Source: a virus (taxonomy: Duplodnaviria; Caudoviricetes). Taken from it: a stretch of DNA of 58,507 nt. Below the pieces are notes generated by a model. It had not been told where the DNA came from and made no database searches. It saw only the letters and a program-made list of their open reading frames with translations. Positions within the stretch are counted from its first letter, which is position 1; each line of letters begins with the position of its first letter. This document shows positions 34,588 to 43,048 of the stretch, one piece after another. The DNA lies in IMG/VR virus record IMGVR_UViG_3300031669_000032, positions 1 to 58,507 of that record. One strand, written 5' to 3'. Both the position numbers and the translations under genes were made by a program.

Positions 34588-35571
34588 ATGAAAAGAAAAA
34601 TGGTTTTTGAAAAAATGGTAAAAAGATTGCAAGGAGATTGCGAGATTTTGAAGCACTCCCAGAACTGGGCCTGGGCAGATGTTGAATCGCATGGCGATCC
34701 GGAAGATTGCTCAATAAAACGGTATACCATCGATGAAGCTATCGCCATAGTCGATGAGTGGGAAAAGGAAATCGAAAAAGTCGTGGGAATTATTAACATG
34801 TCGCCCCGGAAGGGTGATGCGCCGATGGTTACCGAATACGGCAAGGATTGTGTTGGTTGCACAATCGAAGGCGATATCGAGCGAGAATATCCCATCCCCT
34901 ACGATACCATAATTAATTTGAGTGGAAAGTGGGAATTCCGGTTCTATGTAGAATCGACTGCAGGTGGTGGAGCGTCGTGGGAAACTATGGGGCCTGGTAT
35001 CAACGATACTAGGAAAGAATATGTAATGCGTAATTATGGGAAATTAGGTTGCTACAGCACCTTGTTAGCTGGGTATATTGTTAATCCAGAAATAATGTGG
35101 GCAAGAAACGGCTGTGCCGTTAGTGCTCCAGCGGAGATCAAGCAAAGCTACTTACGAGGTTTTAATTTTTTCACCAGGCACAAAATCTTGGGGGGAGATA
35201 CTTTCCTTCAAAAGGAAAGCAGAAAAATGCTGATTGACCTTATAGACGATTGCGAACTTTTGGATTTTGGTAGTTATACGCAAGGACATCTTGCATGTGC
35301 TGAATTGACAGAAGCTGATCTCAGCAGCACGAAAGTGCATGTTGAGGATTTGGAAAGGTTTCCGGGAAAATACCATGCGAAGTTTTTTAATCACCAATGT
35401 CTCGGTGGTATGTATGTGGACTCAACCAGGATTGACGATACTGGCTATTGCTTAGTTCATTTTCGTATGCCTGGTTGGATAGTTTCGCCTGACCACATCG
35501 ATGAAGCAGTATCAGTTTTGCCGGGATATTATCTATTGCGGCATCCTATCCCGCATGGGGACGTTGATTAA
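34588..35571 (+). CDS. Early protein with C-terminal QQGDV-like domain
   Basis: TQGHL...NH...I.SPDH......PG.Y......D.D resembles 29856-30212. Confidence 0.65.
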   Translation: MKRKMVFEKMVKRLQGDCEILKHSQNWAWADVESHGDPEDCSIKRYTIDEAIAIVDEWEKEIEKVVGIINMSPRKGDAPMVTEYGKDCVGCTIEGDIEREYPIPYDTIINLSGKWEFRFYVESTAGGGASWETMGPGINDTRKEYVMRNYGKLGCYSTLLAGYIVNPEIMWARNGCAVSAPAEIKQSYLRGFNFFTRHKILGGDTFLQKESRKMLIDLIDDCELLDFGSYTQGHLACAELTEADLSSTKVHVEDLERFPGKYHAKFFNHQCLGGMYVDSTRIDDTGYCLVHFRMPGWIVSPDHIDEAVSVLPGYYLLRHPIPHGDVD

Positions 35572-35622
35572 TTGGTTTACTTTGCCCGTCGTACTGCGGC
35601 GAGCGGAAGATAGAAGTATCAC

Positions 35623-35679
35623 TTAGTTTAAATCCGGGATTCGGTTCGCCGGCTCCCGGTCTTAAATTAACAGGAGGTT
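35623..35679 (+). repeat. Diverged third hairpin copy
   Basis: TTAGTTTAA..CCGGGA..CGG-TTCG-CCG..TCCCGG..TTAAATTAA then CAGGAGGTT. Confidence 0.7.
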
Positions 35680-35682
35680 AAC

Positions 35683-36099
35683 ATGAATAAGCAACAATCT
35701 CTGAAAGCATTTTCGGACAGTATGATCCGCAGCACATTGGCCCTGGCTTATGATGTGTTGGAGTCTGGGGTTGTACCATATGGTGGTACGGCCAAAATGG
35801 CAATATCAACACACATGCCATTCAAAAACGATTCTACGGTTACGGTAGAATCCTGGTCACGGTTAGTTTGTGGGCCAAATGATATACCGGGCGATTACAG
35901 CGCCGGTGGAAAAATAACATGGGAAACGACAGGCTGTCATACTGTGGTTTTTCTATTTTCGCAATTCGATGCGGTGAATGGGAATTCGTGGTTAGAATTG
36001 AATCGCGTTACGATCGGCTGCGATGAATCAAAGTGTTTCTACCCTGGGATTATATCAGCGTGTAAAGGCGCTGGGATTCCGGTAGAAGTTAAGGGATAA
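35683..36099 (+). CDS. Early hypothetical protein
   Basis: CAGGAGGT RBS. Confidence 0.7.
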   Translation: MNKQQSLKAFSDSMIRSTLALAYDVLESGVVPYGGTAKMAISTHMPFKNDSTVTVESWSRLVCGPNDIPGDYSAGGKITWETTGCHTVVFLFSQFDAVNGNSWLELNRVTIGCDESKCFYPGIISACKGAGIPVEVKG

Positions 36100-36113
36100 C
36101 GGGAGGTTTTAAA

Positions 36114-36308
36114 ATGAAAGACACAATTTTTATTATTTTGTATCAGGATAATACAATGATTCCAATGGTTAATGAGCCGCTAAAAGAGCATTTCCCTGAA
36201 GGTACTCGATTCTTTAAAACAAACAGGGAAACTACGATTAGTGACCTTTCCGGATGGTATGGCTCTAAATGGACTGCGAAAAGATTTAAGGAGATAGCAG
36301 GAAAATGA
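36114..36308 (+). CDS. Hypothetical protein
   Basis: GGGAGGT RBS. Confidence 0.65.
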   Translation: MKDTIFIILYQDNTMIPMVNEPLKEHFPEGTRFFKTNRETTISDLSGWYGSKWTAKRFKEIAGK

Positions 36309-36508
36309 AAAGCGTTAACAGAAAACATACTAATTGCGGAAAGTGCATTTTCCATGGCGTAATGAATGCGCTTCGGTTAACGTGCAATAATCAAGAAGTT
36401 AAAAAAAGGTTTGTTGATGACTTAGATGGTTATTGCAAACATTTTAAAGTAATTAATTCACTCTCCGGGAATGGGGATTGCCTGTTTCCGGAAGTGGAAG
36501 GAGAATGA
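36305..36508 (+). CDS. Cys-rich hypothetical protein
   Basis: CGKC.F...C...C..F. Confidence 0.6.
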   Translation: MKSVNRKHTNCGKCIFHGVMNALRLTCNNQEVKKRFVDDLDGYCKHFKVINSLSGNGDCLFPEVEGE

Positions 36509-36509
36509 A

Positions 36510-36767
36510 GTGAAAGAAATACACGTAAAGATTGACGATACCCTGTTTGAAATGCTTGAGTACTTACGCCAGGCACATGACTTGAGGTTTTCAGCAGTCA
36601 TAAAAACAGCACTCCGACGCTTTCTGTCTGACCGTCACCTGACCAGAAATCTTATCGATGCCAGGGAAGCCAAAATTATTGCGGCTGCGGAAAAGAAAAA
36701 GGAGTATAACCGGGAATATAGCAGGAAACATCCCGCTAAGAAGAGAGGTGGATGTTATGGGAGATAA
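36510..36767 (+). CDS. Ribbon-helix-helix (CopG-like) regulator
   Basis: IHVKIDD.L...L..L.......S.VI..AL.RFL. Confidence 0.7.
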   Translation: MKEIHVKIDDTLFEMLEYLRQAHDLRFSAVIKTALRRFLSDRHLTRNLIDAREAKIIAAAEKKKEYNREYSRKHPAKKRGGCYGR

Positions 36768-37557
36768 GAAGTACAAGAACTATGGGGCGTATTGCCTCAT
36801 ATTGTATCGTTGTGACACTTGCGGAAAACAAGAAATGGTTTGGAATTCACGAGACGGGGATGCGGTCAGTCCCATCGAGTGTAGGCGTCACGATTTTTTT
36901 TGCGGACTTATGTGGCGTGACCAGAAGTCCCACGCATTGCATGTACCGAACTTCGATCCGCCCGATACGAGTCGGGTGCTGATCAGCAAAAAATCCAGCA
37001 ATGACACGATGGTTGTGTCAGGCAAGGAGTATAAAGCTCTGGTTAATGACCGTCAAATGTCATCGATACTAAAAGGAGAAGATAAAATGAAGATAGAAAT
37101 AACAGAAGCAGAAGGGAGAATAAATGAGGTAATCGCTAAACTTGATGAGATAGAGCACGTCAAGTTGGAGCCAGTAAGCTCATTGCTCCCCAAATTGGAA
37201 GCAGAAAAAGAAAAGTTGTTTGCGTTGTATGCTGAAAACGAAAAGATTGTTAGTTCGGAAAGAGGAAAGGCGTTAAGGTCTATGGGTGCGTTCAGCAAAG
37301 ACGTTAATAATGAAAGGATAAAATTGCTTGAACGTAAAGATGAAGTCGAAGCTATAATTGATCAACTAAAGCTTACGATAGAAAAGGCCGAAAGTGATAC
37401 CCCTCAAGAGTCCAGGACTGTCAAGTTGAAATCTGTGCTGAAATACTTCCTGGTAGGGGGGTTCGTTCTTATTGTTTACCTGAAAGACCCCATTATCTCT
37501 TTGTACCTTGCTATTCTGGTTGTTCTCGCCTGGCTAACGGATAGGTACATTACCTAG
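36757..37557 (+). CDS. Zn-ribbon domain fused to a coiled-coil membrane protein
   Basis: YRC..CG..E..WNSRDG domain; internal AAGGAG + ATG at 37087; two C-terminal TM segments. Confidence 0.6.
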   Translation: MGDKKYKNYGAYCLILYRCDTCGKQEMVWNSRDGDAVSPIECRRHDFFCGLMWRDQKSHALHVPNFDPPDTSRVLISKKSSNDTMVVSGKEYKALVNDRQMSSILKGEDKMKIEITEAEGRINEVIAKLDEIEHVKLEPVSSLLPKLEAEKEKLFALYAENEKIVSSERGKALRSMGAFSKDVNNERIKLLERKDEVEAIIDQLKLTIEKAESDTPQESRTVKLKSVLKYFLVGGFVLIVYLKDPIISLYLAILVVLAWLTDRYIT

Positions 37558-37602
37558 AGTGTTTCTGATCTACTTTAGAATAAAAAATAACAGGAGGTAA
37601 AA

Positions 37603-37962
37603 ATGCCAATAATTAAAGAAAAAGAAGAATCCTGGTTGTGGTATCAAGGGGTAAACATGGATGATCTTAGCAGATCGTGCGTTGATATAGCAAAAGAAGT
37701 AATGAGGTTGCTTGACACGCCTGGTCATGAGACAATCGATGCTGATAAGCTAATTATCATTGCTGCAGCCAACATCAATGAAAGCGGAATAACCGGCGCT
37801 ATGACCGGGGAGATTGCGGACATGATTTCCAGATACCATAGTCGCGGTAAGGAGTTTCGCGAAAAGTGGAATCTATCAAATCAAATCAATCATGAAGGTG
37901 AACGGGCGAATATATTGGGCGATACACTGAACCCGGCCTTATTAAGCATACGTCCTAAATAA
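37603..37962 (+). CDS. Conserved phage hypothetical protein
   Basis: GITG.M.G...RG.EFR..WN...LNPAL; CAGGAGGT RBS. Confidence 0.7.
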   Translation: MPIIKEKEESWLWYQGVNMDDLSRSCVDIAKEVMRLLDTPGHETIDADKLIIIAAANINESGITGAMTGEIADMISRYHSRGKEFREKWNLSNQINHEGERANILGDTLNPALLSIRPK

Positions 37963-38000
37963 GTCTATTTTGGTAATGCAATCACAGAAAGGGGTAAATC

Positions 38001-38258
38001 ATGAAAAAACTAAACAACAAAGTGCTTGATTATAAAATATGGGCGGAGAGGTATTGGCGTTTATTGGGTGGTGCCGATGAAGGGTGCAAAATATGGAGAA
38101 TGGTATTGAAGCAGATACAGAAAGGCGGTAAGGAACCTGCTGAAAGTTTGCTGAGGCATGAAACCCAAACAGAGGCAGGGTACAATATAAAAAATAGCGA
38201 AATCGTAATTGATGAAAGTAAAATAACAGGAGGATTAAATGAACAAACAAGAAGTTAA
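38001..38258 (+). CDS. Hypothetical protein
   Basis: AAGGGG RBS. Confidence 0.55.
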   Translation: MKKLNNKVLDYKIWAERYWRLLGGADEGCKIWRMVLKQIQKGGKEPAESLLRHETQTEAGYNIKNSEIVIDESKITGGLNEQTRS

Positions 38259-38448
38259 ATCTCAGCAACTCGCGGAAGGGATGAAGTTTCTGGCTGTTAC
38301 AAGAGAATATGACGGGCAGCCTGCAGAGTTTATGTTGAATGATGCCGAAGGTCCATTGTTTTACAAAATTGAAAGATATTCCGGGAGGATGCTTTCAGCA
38401 ACAGAAATGGTTGGCGGAAGAACGATAACACACGAACTCAATAACTGA
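38239..38448 (+). CDS. Hypothetical protein
   Basis: CAGGAGG RBS. Confidence 0.6.
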   Translation: MNKQEVKSQQLAEGMKFLAVTREYDGQPAEFMLNDAEGPLFYKIERYSGRMLSATEMVGGRTITHELNN

Positions 38449-38466
38449 ATCTTCACCCCAAAAATT

Positions 38467-38499
38467 AAGCCCCGGTGCTCGCCGCATTGGGGCTTTTTT
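38467..38499 (+). terminator. Rho-independent terminator at the convergence of the arms
   Basis: AAGCCCCGGTGC/GCATTGGGGCTT stem followed by a T tract. Confidence 0.85.
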
Positions 38500-38553
38500 A
38501 TTTCCCGCCTGCAAAATACTACTAAGAAAAAGTGTTATTTTTTTCTGTTAAAC

Positions 38554-38668
38554 GTATACCCCACCACTCATGGCTGGTATACTTGACCGGGATAACGGCA
38601 TGGGCGAAGTGAAACAGGAATAGCAATAGTGATTTCCCGGCCGTTCTCATGTTGAGGCGGAAGTGAGA
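38554..38668. ncRNA. Candidate structured RNA in the convergent intergenic gap
   Basis: Stems GTATACC/GGTATAC, CCGGGA/TCCCGG and TCTCA/TGAGA in series. Confidence 0.35.
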
Positions 38669-38705
38669 TAGGTATCGCTTTGTCATTGTACTTATTTTTT
38701 GGCCA

Positions 38706-39317
38706 TTATTTCGCTATTAAAGCAATTAGTATTCCCATCGGTATCCCAGCAATTCCGCCCTTGACATATCTCCAGAAGTTACCCTTTTTTATATTTCTGA
38801 TAGTTGTATCTTTAAGCTTGATTTTTTCGTTCAGATTGTCAACTCTCAGGTTGCAGCTTGCATAATCCTCATCTTGCAATTCGATGATATTGTGGTATTC
38901 TGATATTTCAGATTCATGCAGTTCTATAGTCAGATCGAATTTATCAGTAGATTCTTTGATATATTTTTTGTAATCGATCAGCAAGCTATTGAAGTTTTCT
39001 TGACATTCCGGAAGGTCATAAAATACCAGGCTCTTATAATGCTCTATCTCTTTGTTCGCTGCAGATATCCCATTTCTATAATCCAGCACAGCCTTATCGT
39101 TCGCCGCGGAGATTGTTTTGATCTGTTCGGTTTTCAGCTCAATGGCTGCCCGGTTCCTCCGTTCAGTTTCCAACAGATTTTCATTTTTAATTTCTATAGC
39201 TTCTATCCGGGCCCGGGCTGTGTCAAGATCACTACTTACCGCGCGGTACCCAATAAAGCCGACTATCAGCAGGATTACTCCGCATAGTATCAGCACACTT
39301 TTCCACTTCCTTTTCAT
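38706..39317 (-). CDS. Spanin-like coiled-coil membrane protein
   Basis: N-terminal TM, long coiled coil, C-terminal hydrophobic GG..G..G segment. Confidence 0.6.
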   Translation of the reverse strand: MKRKWKSVLILCGVILLIVGFIGYRAVSSDLDTARARIEAIEIKNENLLETERRNRAAIELKTEQIKTISAANDKAVLDYRNGISAANKEIEHYKSLVFYDLPECQENFNSLLIDYKKYIKESTDKFDLTIELHESEISEYHNIIELQDEDYASCNLRVDNLNEKIKLKDTTIRNIKKGNFWRYVKGGIAGIPMGILIALIAK

Positions 39318-39409
39318 AAGAGCACCATGATTGCAATTATCGCTACCGCTACAATCAAGATGGATATAACCGCATCTATCACTATCGATGCTAATTTTGC
39401 CAGTCTCAT
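39314..39409 (-). CDS. 31-aa hydrophobic peptide
   Basis: Manual translation MRLAKLASIVIDAVISILIVAVAIIAIMVLL; ATGA coupling at both ends. Confidence 0.6.
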   Translation of the reverse strand: MRLAKLASIVIDAVISILIVAVAIIAIMVLL

Positions 39410-39537
39410 GCTATCCACCTGATGGCGAAATACAGCAACGCTGCACCTGCACAAATCATAAATCCAATTGCGATATAGCTAAAAAATATAACCGAATTAA
39501 TGAATGAAATTAAACAAGATACACTTGATTTAATCAT
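39406..39537 (-). CDS. 43-aa hydrophobic peptide
   Basis: Manual translation MIKSSVSCLISFINSVIFFSYIAIGFMICAGAALLYFAIRWIA; GGAG RBS. Confidence 0.6.
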   Translation of the reverse strand: MIKSSVSCLISFINSVIFFSYIAIGFMICAGAALLYFAIRWIA

Positions 39538-39579
39538 CTTTGCTCCATTTTATTGTATTTTAAGATTGCCATAGTCAGC

Positions 39580-39885
39580 TTAATTATCATGATTCAGCTT
39601 AATGATGAAATTATTTATAGTTTCCGTTAGACTCGCTATGTCCTCTCTTGTCTCTTTTCTGTTAGTGAATATGCTTTTTTCTATTTTCTCTAGCATAGCT
39701 GTTATCGATTTTATCCTCACTTCCCCACTATCTGATTTTCTCTCATATAGTCGCAATCTTTTTCCATGTTCTCTTAATGTTTCACCATGTTCTCTTAACG
39801 TTCGGCGCGTCCCTAATCCCTTTAGCAATGCCGTTACTCCTGCGGCTATCATCAAGCATATTGCAACGATTATTTCCTTATTCAA
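39580..39885 (-). CDS. TM + coiled-coil protein (holin-associated type)
   Basis: Likely TTG start overlapping the upstream stop; N-terminal TM; TLREHG tandem repeat. Confidence 0.55.
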   Translation of the reverse strand: MNKEIIVAICLMIAAGVTALLKGLGTRRTLREHGETLREHGKRLRLYERKSDSGEVRIKSITAMLEKIEKSIFTNRKETREDIASLTETINNFIIKLNHDN

Positions 39886-40094
39886 TCTTTTGTCCCATTT
39901 TTTTTCTTGATGCAATAATTCCCAAATTGATGCAGGCAATAAATACCGACTGTATATTTTAGTGTTGGCGCTATATATTTAGCGTGTTCCGCTTGTTTAG
40001 TAAGCGCCATAATGAGAATGATTGCAATTGTCCCTATCACGGAAATCAACGCGATAACAGAAACTATAACAAAATACCATTTTATCGATTTCAC
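39882..40094 (-). CDS. Small membrane protein (holin candidate)
   Basis: Hydrophobic segments and a basic C terminus. Confidence 0.55.
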   Translation of the reverse strand: MKSIKWYFVIVSVIALISVIGTIAIILIMALTKQAEHAKYIAPTLKYTVGIYCLHQFGNYCIKKKNGTKD

Positions 40095-40306
40095 TTATTT
40101 TTTGACCATTTGCTTCTAAGTTTATTTGCGATTGCAATAACAATTATCAGCGCCGTAATGATCGCAGTAAACAGATTGTCGGTAATAAGAACTGCAGCAA
40201 GAAACATCCAAAAAGCAAAATTTGTTACCGACTCCACTTTTTTATTCATTATGAAAGATTTAATCTTTTCCATTACGCTTGTGATGAAAGGTTTAATTTT
40301 TTTCAT
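40091..40306 (-). CDS. Small membrane protein (holin candidate)
   Basis: Two TM segments, basic tail; GAGGAG RBS. Confidence 0.55.
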   Translation of the reverse strand: MKKIKPFITSVMEKIKSFIMNKKVESVTNFAFWMFLAAVLITDNLFTAIITALIIVIAIANKLRSKWSKNK

Positions 40307-40315
40307 TTTTACTCC

Positions 40316-41662
40316 TCATAGTATAGCCCCCAATATAACTAGTATAATTATGATTGCCAGGGCATATATTATCAATTTTAATTTACTTTTTTTCTCCGGT
40401 ATAATCGGATCCGGCGCTACTGGCCCAGGTGCTATGATCGGAGTGTCAGGTTCCTCTTCAATGATCATTTCCGGCGGTGATTTCCCATAGTTCGGAGGGT
40501 TGCCGTATGCTTCCCGATATGCCATTATCGCCGGGACTATATACTTCATGTCGAGTTTGTCTAAATGGATTGTGTGCCTCCAATAGTTCCCACTGGAATC
40601 ATATATTCCACGCGGGTGAAGGGCCAGGATTTTGGACTTATTCTTGATTTCTTTGACTGCCGCAGCTTTTTCGATACCAGGCGCATCCGCTGCGATAATG
40701 TCCTTTGTAAAGTTGTACAATGCTGAAGAGTGCACTCCGCCATCTTTCATATTGCTGCCGTCAAGCGAAATACAAAACGCCTGCCCGGATAATCGCCCGA
40801 TTGATGTGCATTTTACAACTTGCTCCCAGGTAGTTGAATTGTGATCAGAGAGAATATAATCGTATTTTACAGGCTTCTCTTTGTGTTTCCAAATATCACC
40901 GATAGGCCCAAAAATATTAAGTTTCCCGGATAGTGCCTGCGATAGGAGACCGGCAATCTGCACAGCTTTAATGTTTTCCTGAAAAGTCTCCTTATTTACT
41001 CCGTCCGAACAGTTTAGCTGGAAATTCCACTGATTGAAATCCTTCCGCAGCGCCCGAACCAGATCGACATGCCACCTGGTCAGGTGAACAATTGATTCTA
41101 ACTTGAATTCAGATTGCATCCCGGCTTCCGGCTCATTAGTAAGCTCGATGATGCAATTGTTGTCTATTCCGAGATAATCAATTTCATTCAAGACGAATTG
41201 GCTTCCCTTCTCGCTATACAGGCTTTCCGGATGAACGAATGGTTCACCGTTCTTCTTGTCTACTGCCACTCTCTGGACGGGGATCAGTATTTGCCGATTA
41301 GTATAGCCAGTCAAACCAAGGCCCGGAATCAAGTTGAACTCTTCCATCATATCCATGACGGGCCTGAATATGTTATCCCGAAAGTGAGAATTAAACTCTA
41401 ATGTCCAGGTATCCTTTTCCAGATTTGGAAGTGTGATCATTTCCTCCCAAAGGTGAGCGGGTGTTTTGGACGGTGCAGCCAATGGCCATGGCAACCACAC
41501 CATTACTCCAGAAGTGCCCGCATTGCTGATTTTCCGCAGCGTTTCCCGTACAAGTTCCAGGTATTTTACCAGGTCACCCTTCGGCCGAGCAAAGAACAGG
41601 CCGCACAGATTGACGAAGGGCGGTGCTAACCGCCCCCGTCTGAAGAAATCCTTCGATAACAT
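40316..41662 (-). CDS. Putative clan-A (GH5-like) glycoside hydrolase with Pro-rich linker and C-terminal TM anchor
   Basis: IIELTNEP acid/base-like motif; PDTP..PGPVAPDP linker; terminal hydrophobic helix. Confidence 0.5.
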   Translation of the reverse strand: MLSKDFFRRGRLAPPFVNLCGLFFARPKGDLVKYLELVRETLRKISNAGTSGVMVWLPWPLAAPSKTPAHLWEEMITLPNLEKDTWTLEFNSHFRDNIFRPVMDMMEEFNLIPGLGLTGYTNRQILIPVQRVAVDKKNGEPFVHPESLYSEKGSQFVLNEIDYLGIDNNCIIELTNEPEAGMQSEFKLESIVHLTRWHVDLVRALRKDFNQWNFQLNCSDGVNKETFQENIKAVQIAGLLSQALSGKLNIFGPIGDIWKHKEKPVKYDYILSDHNSTTWEQVVKCTSIGRLSGQAFCISLDGSNMKDGGVHSSALYNFTKDIIAADAPGIEKAAAVKEIKNKSKILALHPRGIYDSSGNYWRHTIHLDKLDMKYIVPAIMAYREAYGNPPNYGKSPPEMIIEEEPDTPIIAPGPVAPDPIIPEKKSKLKLIIYALAIIIILVILGAIL

Positions 41663-41682
41663 CTCACTACTCCTTTAGATTA

Positions 41683-42060
41683 TTATTTCCAGTTATCGGG
41701 GGGTTCGATTTTAAACAGCCTCGAAAATGACTTACACAGCCACTTCAACATTTTTTGAATATTATCGATTTTCACTTTATCACTTCTCGATTCTGGGGGA
41801 AGATACGGCAGCCCAACTTCATAAAACACTTTTAGCACCGGGTTCCCTCGACCTTCATGTCGATTTCTGTTCATATCATAATAAAAGCAACTCTGGAATC
41901 CATGGGGGTCTGTTTTCTGTAAATCCCATCCCGGGGCTACCGGATTGCCTATCTCATTTAGTCCGTACGGTAAGAAGTCAGGTGTCCCTGTGTACATACC
42001 GCTAAATGCCATAACCGAACAAAACGCCAAAATGATTAAGATTGTAAATGTTTTTTTCAT
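41683..42060 (-). CDS. Secreted hypothetical protein
   Basis: MKK + hydrophobic core + AFS signal-peptide-like N terminus; AAGGAG RBS. Confidence 0.65.
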   Translation of the reverse strand: MKKTFTILIILAFCSVMAFSGMYTGTPDFLPYGLNEIGNPVAPGWDLQKTDPHGFQSCFYYDMNRNRHEGRGNPVLKVFYEVGLPYLPPESRSDKVKIDNIQKMLKWLCKSFSRLFKIEPPDNWK

Positions 42061-42092
42061 TTTAAACTCCTTTTTAAATTTCATCTATTAGA

Positions 42093-42125
42093 ATAGTAGT
42101 ATATGTTTCAATATTTTTCAACTTT
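42093..42125 (-). promoter_or_regulatory. Putative promoter of the membrane/lysis cassette
   Basis: TTGAAA-17-TACTAT; 42106-42125 identical to 1521-1540. Confidence 0.5.
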
Positions 42126-42136
42126 ATTTTCATAAT

Positions 42137-42619
42137 TTATGCAGCACCAGTCCGGTGATACAATACTCTGATCTTTATCGTTTTGGATCCTCCGCCCTCA
42201 ACTGCTACCTTTGCATACACCCCTGTATTTCCGTCTATTGGCCCGCTATGAATCTCTGGAACGTATATTGATGATACGTTAGTGTTTAACTTGACAGGCA
42301 CTTCTAATACATTGCTATCGTTTGCCTTATTGTAGAACGTCACGACGAATGTTTTATCGAATATAGATACTGCGTCCACAAACACTCCATGAATATCATA
42401 TTCTACAGGTATTGTATTGTTTGGGATTATGTCAACTGCAACTCCTTCTACATAAGATGCGACACCGGTAGTTAACGTCACTGGTGGTGCTAATTTTGGA
42501 TATACCCTACTCGCAGCGTGCATATGCCTTTGTATATCATTTGTAATATTGTTTGTTTCTACAGCCCTACTTCTATCGGTAGAACCGTAATCAACAAAAA
42601 AAGCTTCATCAATCGGCAT
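42137..42619 (-). CDS. Putative virion-associated beta-rich protein
   Basis: Follows the tail genes; AGGAGGT RBS. Confidence 0.6.
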   Translation of the reverse strand: MPIDEAFFVDYGSTDRSRAVETNNITNDIQRHMHAASRVYPKLAPPVTLTTGVASYVEGVAVDIIPNNTIPVEYDIHGVFVDAVSIFDKTFVVTFYNKANDSNVLEVPVKLNTNVSSIYVPEIHSGPIDGNTGVYAKVAVEGGGSKTIKIRVLYHRTGAA

Positions 42620-42629
42620 ACATCACCTC

Positions 42630-43046
42630 CTATTGGTTTGAATTTATCCCGGCACCAATATTTAGCACCGTGTTTTGATTTGCGCCTATTATTTCTATAT
42701 CAATTATTATTTTTTCAATACTTTTTGTGTACGTAATGGGAATCAGGTAGCCATCATCGGGGGTAATATTTCCAAATACTTCCTGTCTCTTTGATAATGT
42801 ATTATTGTCTGGGTCTTTGATTGCGAAATGCACCACCTTTATCCCATCTGCCCACGATGGGGTTGCTGATAATTCCATTATCATCGATGTGTTTGTTTCC
42901 AGTTCAGCTAAATCAATTTGAATGAATGCTGATTCGGTATTGGCTACATTCAGTGAAAATCTTGCCGTACTCACCCCGGTCGATATGGTTTGCAAGGTAT
43001 CTATGTTTGTATCTTTGTATTTTAAAACATTAAATACATTAGGCAT
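42630..43046 (-). CDS. Putative virion-associated protein
   Basis: Position and composition. Confidence 0.55.
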   Translation of the reverse strand: MPNVFNVLKYKDTNIDTLQTISTGVSTARFSLNVANTESAFIQIDLAELETNTSMIMELSATPSWADGIKVVHFAIKDPDNNTLSKRQEVFGNITPDDGYLIPITYTKSIEKIIIDIEIIGANQNTVLNIGAGINSNQ

Positions 43047-43048
43047 GG

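Noticed and set aside
33697-35679. Hairpin repeats as a CRISPR array or integron attC sites
   Set aside because: Spacing is 0.8-1.1 kb with genes between; no clear RYYYAAC/GTTRRRY ends, no integron integrase and no cas genes
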